Origin: an uncultured Collinsella sp.
Lineage (GTDB): Bacteria > Actinomycetota > Coriobacteriia > Coriobacteriales > Coriobacteriaceae
Direction: 5' to 3'
DNA length: 64,000 nucleotides
Assembly (NCBI GenBank): GCA_902494195.1
Contig: CABUSH010000010.1
Coordinates: 9,523 to 73,522 of the forward strand
Shown here: positions 57,253 to 64,000 of the stretch, one piece after another
Layout: each line of letters begins with the position of its first letter
Numbering within the stretch: position 1 is the stretch's first letter
Notes under the pieces: model-generated
The model's input: the letters and a program-made list of their open reading frames with translations, nothing else
Told to the model about the DNA's origin: nothing
Databases searched by the model: none
Program-made: the position numbers and the translations under genes

Positions 57253-59244
57253 TTAGAGAAATCGGATATACAGAAGCTCAAACATCACAAAATACAGCAG
57301 CGAAAATGGAGCCCCGAGCATAAAGGCTGCACATTTAGTCTTCTCTTCCTCATCGCAGTAAATAGGAAACCTGAGCAAAAGACAGGCGAAAGGTATTAAC
57401 AAAGGTATGAGATATCGCGCCTGAACACCCGCAACTGTCTGGCTTCCGACTCCTGTAAAAGCGATGTATAGAGCCAAAGCAACTAGGTAGCAAGTAGCAA
57501 GAACCAGGAATAGAGACCAAACAATTCCGCAACGGCTAAGCTTAATTTTAGTAACTTTTTCATTATCAATAATGCAAATAGCTTCAAACAACATGATGGG
57601 GAGATATGAAAGCCATGGGAACAGATTGGAGACGTCCCCAAGATAAGCCATATTCGTTGATATTGAATTGAGAAACGCCGGGGTCAGCATCGATCCAAAT
57701 ACGAAATTCGAGATTACAGCTATAGTTCCAACCGGATTTGCAAGCACTCCCGTCGTTTGACCAGCCGTAGAGACTTCGGTGCCACCACGTGCATCAGAAA
57801 TGTTATTTACGACAGAAGAGAAGTATGGCGTCAAGAAAGATAAAATCATTATGGCGCAAACGAATATCGCGGTTCCAATCAAGATACGTCTTTGCCTGCT
57901 CGAAGTATATTTATTTGCAGGAATTAAAAGCGCAAGTCCGAATAATGGAAAATAAATCGCTTTAGCTGCAAATCCGACTGCAAAAGATAGTAGAAATCCG
58001 AAGAACGTTTTTGCAGAAATATCCTCTTCAGAAACAAGCATCTTCAACAAAAGAGCTGTTCCTAGCAAACTGAACGATATCACACAGGGATCATACGAGT
58101 AACTGGCTGCCATTAACACAGCAGACGGGAACAACGCAATACAAGTGAAAAGACATTTTCTGCAAGGGGCTATACGAATTGCGATTCCACAGATAACTGC
58201 ATACGCAAGTAAATTGAATATTTTTCCCAATGCAAATTTGATAGAAAATGGGAGATGAAGCAAGCGACCCAAACAAAGGCCGATAGATGAAGGAATGTAG
58301 GCGATTTTAGAAAGAGCCACACTATCAAAAGAATTAAAACGATCGATACCTTCAGCTATATCATTTTTATCAGTCTCTCTGACTACTTGTTCAACAGAGC
58401 CACGGTTAAACTCTCTTGTTTCATCTATTGGATACTTACCCAAAGATGCATCCAAACTAAAGCCATCCCCCATATAAAACTGCTCGACTATCATTCGGTC
58501 AGAATTTGTTATTTCAGCATTTGTGAGGTAGGAAAAACTGTTTGCATTTCCATAGTGGACCTCATCATCCCATGTCAGAAAATTTGTAACAGGGAAGCAA
58601 ATAATTACGGATAGACCAACTGAAACAATGCATGCGAAAGCGAACAGTTCGGGCTTCAGATAAGAAATGCCCCCACTAATAGCAATCAACCCGATCAAAA
58701 CCGTAATGGGCAAAGCAGACGCGAACAACACCGTCTTTGACTTATCGAGCGGAATGCCAATAAAAGCGATTAAAACAGCAAAGCCAACAGAAACCGCCAA
58801 AAAAATTAAACACTTTCTAGCATCAGTTTTCTTAACCGAGATTACGAAACTCTTCACCAGGCCATAGCAAAGCTCAATGCCTTGGAACGCTAAGACTAGA
58901 TGAAAGCATATAACAAGACTTGCGATATTCCATGCATCAAGATCGAAGGGGCCAAACGTCTTCGCGCCAGCCAATATGATGAACACTAGCAGAAAGCTAC
59001 TGAGAATGCTGGACACGACAAGGACGGTTATCTGACGAATAGCGTCACCACTCGACTGTGATTTCGGTTGCAAATATAAGCACGCAGCAGCAACGACATC
59101 GCAAAAGAGTTCAAGAATGAATAGATTTAAATTCTTATAGTGCAATGATGTCGCAGCGGCTAACAAAAGAAGCCCCAGCCCAAAGATGGCAAGCGCGTAC
59201 TCGCTTTTCTTAATTGCAGGATTATTCAAAACGTGCATCTCCAA
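57253..59244 (-). CDS. Large polytopic membrane protein, putative GT-C-type glycosyltransferase (DUF2142-like by recollection)
   Basis: 663 aa with about 14 or more hydrophobic segments, TWDDEVHYG in a loop and GVQARYLIPLL near the C-terminus. Confidence 0.55.
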   Translation of the reverse strand: MEMHVLNNPAIKKSEYALAIFGLGLLLLAAATSLHYKNLNLFILELFCDVVAAACLYLQPKSQSSGDAIRQITVLVVSSILSSFLLVFIILAGAKTFGPFDLDAWNIASLVICFHLVLAFQGIELCYGLVKSFVISVKKTDARKCLIFLAVSVGFAVLIAFIGIPLDKSKTVLFASALPITVLIGLIAISGGISYLKPELFAFACIVSVGLSVIICFPVTNFLTWDDEVHYGNANSFSYLTNAEITNSDRMIVEQFYMGDGFSLDASLGKYPIDETREFNRGSVEQVVRETDKNDIAEGIDRFNSFDSVALSKIAYIPSSIGLCLGRLLHLPFSIKFALGKIFNLLAYAVICGIAIRIAPCRKCLFTCIALFPSAVLMAASYSYDPCVISFSLLGTALLLKMLVSEEDISAKTFFGFLLSFAVGFAAKAIYFPLFGLALLIPANKYTSSRQRRILIGTAIFVCAIMILSFLTPYFSSVVNNISDARGGTEVSTAGQTTGVLANPVGTIAVISNFVFGSMLTPAFLNSISTNMAYLGDVSNLFPWLSYLPIMLFEAICIIDNEKVTKIKLSRCGIVWSLFLVLATCYLVALALYIAFTGVGSQTVAGVQARYLIPLLIPFACLLLRFPIYCDEEEKTKCAAFMLGAPFSLLYFVMFELLYIRFL

Positions 59245-59341
59245 CTAAAGACAAAATCGAATAGGGCAAATCGACAATAACAAATTCGGATCCTAGATCC
59301 AACTTCACTCAAAAGCTAAGCAAAAGCCAGCCAAGTATCAC

Positions 59342-60490
59342 TTAGCAAACACAAAACGCCTTCTCGACATCCCTAGCAGTGGCATCCCAGTTATATCGAT
59401 TTTCAACAAGTGCCCTAGAGTTTCGAGACTGAAGAGAAAGAAGCTTTCGATCATCAAAAAGCCTGCATAATGCCGAAACCACCTCATCAGATGCCATGGA
59501 CCGAATTATTGTGCCATAGCTATCATCTAAGATAAGCTCGCGTGCCCCGCCCACATCTGTTACCACTGCAGGCGTTCCGCAGGCTGAGGCTTCAAGAAGT
59601 ACCGTTGAAAAGCCTTCAGAACGAGTTGGAAGACAAAGCACATCTGCTTGCTGAAGTAAGGAGGAAATATCCTCTGTGTTACATCTCCCAAGCCAAAAAA
59701 AGTTAGACGAACAGGCTTCCTTGACCTCATTAGCCAGCGGACCATCCCCTGCAAGAACAAAACAAATATCACGCTTGGTAATATCTTTTGTGCGAGCTGC
59801 CTCAATAATTGAAATAATTCCCTTTTCAGGAATAAGCCGCCCGACAAAAGCTACAACCAAAGATGACTGAGGGATACCTAATTCAGATCGGAAATCTCTC
59901 CCCGAAGAAATATTCCTATAGAATGTGGCATTGATTGAGTTTGAAATTACGCCCTTTGCAGTGATATTAAAGTGCTGAAGCCATTCAACACTTTTAGAAG
60001 AAATCCCATAGAAATCAGGTTCAAACGACTTTACGCGATCAGTAATCCAATCTTCATAGCGGCGAACAAAAAAATCAAGAAATGGCTGATTGAAAGAGAG
60101 ATACGCTGAGCCGTGGTCGAGAACGACGGCCTTAGTACTATGATCCGCAGCAAACTTCAGCCCTTCGAGCGAGAGAGGGAAGAGTCTCGTGTTTATCAGA
60201 ACGCCATTCCACTCATAATCATCAAGGGTTTGCAGGAGTCGGTAATAATCACTGGTTTTTTTGGGAAGAGGAAGTCTTCCATCAAGTAACGAAATGCAAG
60301 GAAGACGAATTACCTCCAGGCCGTTTTCGACTGAATGACCGACTCCCACGCGCATCGAATCATTAGTAACGATAACCACCCTATCGCCGCGTGCAGTCAG
60401 GGCGTGAGCGAGACCATCGACAAAATTACCAATTCCACTAAGTTGCGGGTGATAATGGTGAGTGAAAATACAAATAGAGGAGCTCATCAC
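59342..60490 (-). CDS. GT4 (group 1) glycosyltransferase
   Basis: 382 aa with ICIFTHHYHPQLSGIG, LPTRSEGFSTVLLEASACGTPAV (EX7E region). Confidence 0.8.
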   Translation of the reverse strand: MMSSSICIFTHHYHPQLSGIGNFVDGLAHALTARGDRVVIVTNDSMRVGVGHSVENGLEVIRLPCISLLDGRLPLPKKTSDYYRLLQTLDDYEWNGVLINTRLFPLSLEGLKFAADHSTKAVVLDHGSAYLSFNQPFLDFFVRRYEDWITDRVKSFEPDFYGISSKSVEWLQHFNITAKGVISNSINATFYRNISSGRDFRSELGIPQSSLVVAFVGRLIPEKGIISIIEAARTKDITKRDICFVLAGDGPLANEVKEACSSNFFWLGRCNTEDISSLLQQADVLCLPTRSEGFSTVLLEASACGTPAVVTDVGGARELILDDSYGTIIRSMASDEVVSALCRLFDDRKLLSLQSRNSRALVENRYNWDATARDVEKAFCVC

Positions 60491-60520
60491 ATAACCTCAT
60501 CTGATATAGATGCCATATCC

Positions 60521-61381
60521 TTAATTCTGCGCCGTCCAGACTTCACCATCTCCAAAGTCGAGCAAGAGCGGGAGATGGGTATGTCGATTATCCGGTGACG
60601 GTATTTTTTTCCAATCGCCATACATCGTTGTTAGGTATTTTTCCGTCTTATGGGGAACGGGGAATTCGATGCCTTCGAAAACCGCGCTACTAAGAGGAAA
60701 AAGATCCGAAATTGACACTGGCGCCATATTTGGCCAACTTAGAGTCAGACAGCAATCAGAGACCTCACCCGTATTTGAGTCGGCAATACAGGAGTCGAAC
60801 AAATCCTGGTAAGAGCATGCTCCTTGAGAAACCAGTCGTTCCACCACGTGTATAGCAGAACAACCAATTTGCTCGAGTTGACCAAGGAGCCCTTTATGAG
60901 GGACGACAATGGAAGAAGAGTGATATAAATAGGCTCTTTTCTGAGCAATCGATGCAGTTCGGACTTGCTTTGCACGGAGACGTTTATCTACATAAAGACG
61001 GTCATATGGAAACACATCAACGAAGATGCCCATTGAGCTTGAGGCCTCTCGAGCCTCCTGATTTTCAAAGCGAGTTCCATCGCGATACACCTTAGCAAAC
61101 ATTGCGGCATAGCCGATGGTATTGCGTGATGTGTGAAGTGAATAGCCTTCCGGCAAGCCATCCTCGGCCAAGGAACAAAAGCGGTCATAATCTGAACGCA
61201 TCATTCCGATATCTATATCATCATCCCAAGGGATAAACCCCCTATGACGCATTGCTCCTAAACATGTTCCACCGTCAAGCCACCACCTGATGCCGTACTT
61301 GGAGCAGAATGCAGCGACAACCTGAAGGATATCCAATTCAGTGTTTTGAAGCTTTAATAGCGCGTGAGCTTTAGACATCAT
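60521..61381 (-). CDS. licD: LicD-family phosphotransferase
   Basis: From MMSKAHALLKLQ (ATG at 61381): WWLDGGTCLGAMRHRGFIPWDDDIDIGM. The track ORF to 61489 would overlap the flippase. Confidence 0.8.
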   Translation of the reverse strand: MMSKAHALLKLQNTELDILQVVAAFCSKYGIRWWLDGGTCLGAMRHRGFIPWDDDIDIGMMRSDYDRFCSLAEDGLPEGYSLHTSRNTIGYAAMFAKVYRDGTRFENQEAREASSSMGIFVDVFPYDRLYVDKRLRAKQVRTASIAQKRAYLYHSSSIVVPHKGLLGQLEQIGCSAIHVVERLVSQGACSYQDLFDSCIADSNTGEVSDCCLTLSWPNMAPVSISDLFPLSSAVFEGIEFPVPHKTEKYLTTMYGDWKKIPSPDNRHTHLPLLLDFGDGEVWTAQN

Positions 61382-61385
61382 CGGC

Positions 61386-62630
61386 CTATCTCTTTTCTCC
61401 AAACCATTGTTGCGTCTGTTTCCCCAAAACAAAAGACTGATAAATAAGGCAAATAGCATTGGATATAAGCGCCGATACAGTAGGGCCATTTAAGCCAAAC
61501 AGTATTTGCGCAGGAGCCATGACAGCAACAGAACTAATTAAGGACAATACGCTACCAACAAATACCCCTCGGTAATTATCAAGAGAAACCAGCAAATCGT
61601 TGACAAACCAAGCGATGCCAGTCAAAAAGGCACAAGCCAACATAGGCTGAAGGAGATCGGTATGTTTAGCTATTCCAGTGCCATAAAACAGTGACAGCAA
61701 TAATTTACCGAAAAAGAAAAGGGCAACTGAAGATATGACACCGACAAAAAAGATGCCAGCAAGTATTTTACCTATGAGCGTAAAAAAGGACTTTTCTCTA
61801 GAATGGTAACGCTCTACTAGATAACCTAATAAAGGATTATAGATATAAGTCGCACCCATTTGGATAATTGCCACAGGTGCAGCAACTGATGCATAAATAC
61901 CCAGAGCAGAATCTCCGAATGAATAAGATAAATACTGCCTGGGAATATTCGGCGCCGCAGAGGCAGCAATGCCGCCCAGAACGATGGGCAAACAGCCACA
62001 TAGGAAGACTCTGACCTTCGCTCGACTAATTCCAAGCCTGATTGCAGAAATCCGATTTGACCTTGGAAAATCATAAATAATTCCGATGCCTATTGTCACT
62101 ACCGTCATAAGCAACAGTGCACCTTCGAGGCTATTTAAAAACCCAAAGACAACAATAAATGAAAGGAGAGAACCGATACCCTGCATTATGAGGGATTTCC
62201 CAATATAGTCCATCCTATGGCCAACCTGATCATTAGCATGCATGACATCAATGACTAAGCCGGCGGTTTTATAGAGAGCATACAGAAGAACAGCAGGCAC
62301 CGTATCAATACGACACGTTGCAATGGAATAGACGGCTAACATTGCAAACGCTATAAACGTAGTAAAGAAACGAAAAGTCAGGTATTCACCGGCAGAGTTT
62401 TTCCTTTCAACATCTGCAATTTGTACCGTGTACATCCTGTATTGGGCCAATTGAGAAAACATGTTGAAAATAGACATAGCCAGCGAATAAATGCCGGCAG
62501 CACTATATCCATCGGACAGCCGAACGACCAAAATGGTGATAAGCCACTGACAGCCTAAATTCGTCAACGAACCGACGGTATTCCAAAACATATTATGCTT
62601 AATCGAAAGAGTCTTCTCTGTGGCCTTCAC
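61386..62630 (-). CDS. Wzx/MOP-family polysaccharide flippase
   Basis: 414 aa with about 12 TM helices. The N-terminus MFWNTVGSLTNLGCQWLITILVVRL is typical of the family. GTG start. Confidence 0.75.
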   Translation of the reverse strand: MKATEKTLSIKHNMFWNTVGSLTNLGCQWLITILVVRLSDGYSAAGIYSLAMSIFNMFSQLAQYRMYTVQIADVERKNSAGEYLTFRFFTTFIAFAMLAVYSIATCRIDTVPAVLLYALYKTAGLVIDVMHANDQVGHRMDYIGKSLIMQGIGSLLSFIVVFGFLNSLEGALLLMTVVTIGIGIIYDFPRSNRISAIRLGISRAKVRVFLCGCLPIVLGGIAASAAPNIPRQYLSYSFGDSALGIYASVAAPVAIIQMGATYIYNPLLGYLVERYHSREKSFFTLIGKILAGIFFVGVISSVALFFFGKLLLSLFYGTGIAKHTDLLQPMLACAFLTGIAWFVNDLLVSLDNYRGVFVGSVLSLISSVAVMAPAQILFGLNGPTVSALISNAICLIYQSFVLGKQTQQWFGEKR

Positions 62631-62674
62631 TAATATAAGCGCCCTTCTAAACCTGCCGCGATAAGGATACGGAG

Positions 62675-63640
62675 CTATCTTGCAGCTTTAAGTTCTTTCA
62701 AAATCATAATAAACAGCCAATTCGGCACAAGACGTATAATGATATCTGCTTTAGCGATAGACGGGCAAGCTCGTCGATATTTAAGTAATCCAAATATGGA
62801 ACGCCGCTCTCTTGCTTCAGCGAACCCTATAATTTCCTTTAGATGTGGTGAATCGGGAAATCTATCGGCAAATCGCCTAGCAGTGTCAACCCTGTTTTTA
62901 ACTCTTGTCGAATACCAATCATCTTTTGAAGAAACACCTGCAAGGAATCCAGTTTCGTTACCGCCATGTCGACGATACTTAACCAAGGGGGTCATGGTAA
63001 AGCTACACTTCCCCAGTTCGCTGCAACCCAATGTCAACCACAAGTCATGTGCAGTGGATTCCGGAAAGGGAATCATCGACTTCGCCGCACTCGCATCTAA
63101 CATGAGAGCCATACCAATGCCGTAACATACGCTTGCGGCCTGAACAGTAATATCCTCTCCAGAGCACCAATTTACTTCCGGTGAATTAGGGTGAGCTTTT
63201 CTATAGCTCTTTACCAGAATATTTCCGTTTTCGTCAATTACCGATCTATCACAAACATCTAGAATTGAGCCTTCTTCTAGCATATGGTTGAGCGAAACTT
63301 CAACTCTATTAGGCTCCCAAATATCATCCTGATCGCAAAGTACTACGTAATCCCCTTCCGCCAAAGAGAGTAGTGCTTCGAACGATTTAACATAACCGAG
63401 ATTATTATCACCATGATAATACCGATAGGCGTTTTTCGTTATATGCGCTTGGATAAACCGCTCTAATGAATCCGATTCAGGGCAGTCATTTCTGACTAGA
63501 AGCGTAAGCGGAAAAGTTTGTTTATCTATCGAATCAAGTTGTTCCGCGAAAAACTTAAGATCGGGTTTATAAGCTGAGAGAAGTACGCATACGCCAATAT
63601 CATTTCCCATTTCTATTTCCAAAAATCCTCCCAAAGTCAT
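62675..63640 (-). CDS. GT2 glycosyltransferase
   Basis: Contains VCVLLSAYKPDLKFFAEQLDSIDKQT and VVLCDQDDIW (DxD). The start could also be the ATG at 63610. Confidence 0.75.
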   Translation of the reverse strand: MTLGGFLEIEMGNDIGVCVLLSAYKPDLKFFAEQLDSIDKQTFPLTLLVRNDCPESDSLERFIQAHITKNAYRYYHGDNNLGYVKSFEALLSLAEGDYVVLCDQDDIWEPNRVEVSLNHMLEEGSILDVCDRSVIDENGNILVKSYRKAHPNSPEVNWCSGEDITVQAASVCYGIGMALMLDASAAKSMIPFPESTAHDLWLTLGCSELGKCSFTMTPLVKYRRHGGNETGFLAGVSSKDDWYSTRVKNRVDTARRFADRFPDSPHLKEIIGFAEARERRSIFGLLKYRRACPSIAKADIIIRLVPNWLFIMILKELKAAR

Positions 63641-63843
63641 ATTTCCAAGATTAACAAAGCGATCATTAGAGTATTAAGGTGTTGTTCATTACGCTCAAAA
63701 AAGACAGGAGAAGCAGCGACCTTTAGATATTACATAGCAGCAAATTAAAGGTACTCCAGATTATTATTGACGCTAACGCCGTCACCTTCGTCACCTTTTC
63801 TGGGATGGCTTTTCTCAAGAATCTTTGAGCAGAAGACTCGTCG

Positions 63844-63875
63844 AAAACCCTGCACACCAAAGTGTGCAGGGTTTT
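63844..63875. terminator. Bidirectional hairpin terminator
   Basis: AAAACCCTGCACAC-CAAA-GTGTGCAGGGTTTT, a perfect 14-bp stem including the A and T runs. Confidence 0.55.
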
Positions 63876-64000
63876 AAGCTTCCTTCTCCTGAATCCGCTG
63901 TCAAATCAAAGCATCCTCAGTTAAAATGCAACTTTATTTGAATTAATGTATTTATCCCTGCCTCTTAAAACGAGCACCCAATATCAATAAGTAACAACCT

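Noticed and set aside
63876-64000. Possible 3' end of a further minus-strand gene at the window edge
   Set aside because: All three minus-strand frames hit stops within 50 nt of the edge, so at most a 15-codon tail could be coding. That is not supportable.

Overview
The window appears to be a chromosomal segment of a roughly 60% GC Gram-positive bacterium. Split glyQ/glyS, an mreBCD-PBP2-rodA block, Zn-ribbon and TPR membrane proteins and a fused rfbC-rfbD suggest Actinomycetota, perhaps Coriobacteriia. That assignment is an unverified inference. Positions 1-43.4 kb are tightly packed core genes. On the minus strand they run comM-yraN, rnhB, rplS, ppdK plus its regulatory protein, glyS-glyQ, lepB-trmD-rimM-KH-rpsP. 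A 20-kb same-strand array follows: P-type ATPase, Zn-ribbon protein, cyclophilin, TPR protein, mreBCD, PBP2, rodA, an unknown ORF, a split radical-SAM pair, rplU-rpmA-obg-nadD-yqeK-rsfS. dinB lies on the plus strand. A complete plus-strand aromatic amino acid array follows (aroF-tyrA-aroB-aroA-aroC-pheA-aroE/aroK fusion-aroQ), flanked by two tRNA-Arg genes. From about 43.4 kb to the window end lies an accessory cell-envelope glycopolymer locus with a three-tier base composition. The Wzm/Wzt-type ABC exporter and a GT2 are about 55% GC. The dTDP-rhamnose genes rfbA, rfbB and fused rfbCD are about 65-78% GC. Everything else is about 35-42% GC: a two-gene islet splitting the rfb genes, a dual-GT2 enzyme, a repeat-rich wall hydrolase, a GacI/GacJ-like pair, a large polytopic membrane protein, GT4, LicD, a Wzx-like flippase and a GT2. 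I recognised no rRNA, CRISPR array, transposase or integrase. The best candidates for something new are four. (1) The low-GC two-gene cassette at 48.96-49.92 kb, pairing an LSGG-motif protein with a minimal P-loop NTPase. (2) A perfect 34-bp inverted repeat between aroC and pheA. (3) A terminator-like leader with a tiny ORF ahead of the aro array. (4) The Firmicute-style side-chain decoration module. All product calls come from motif-level reading of the supplied translations and of the DNA. No database search was possible, and GC values are spot counts on single 60-nt lines.
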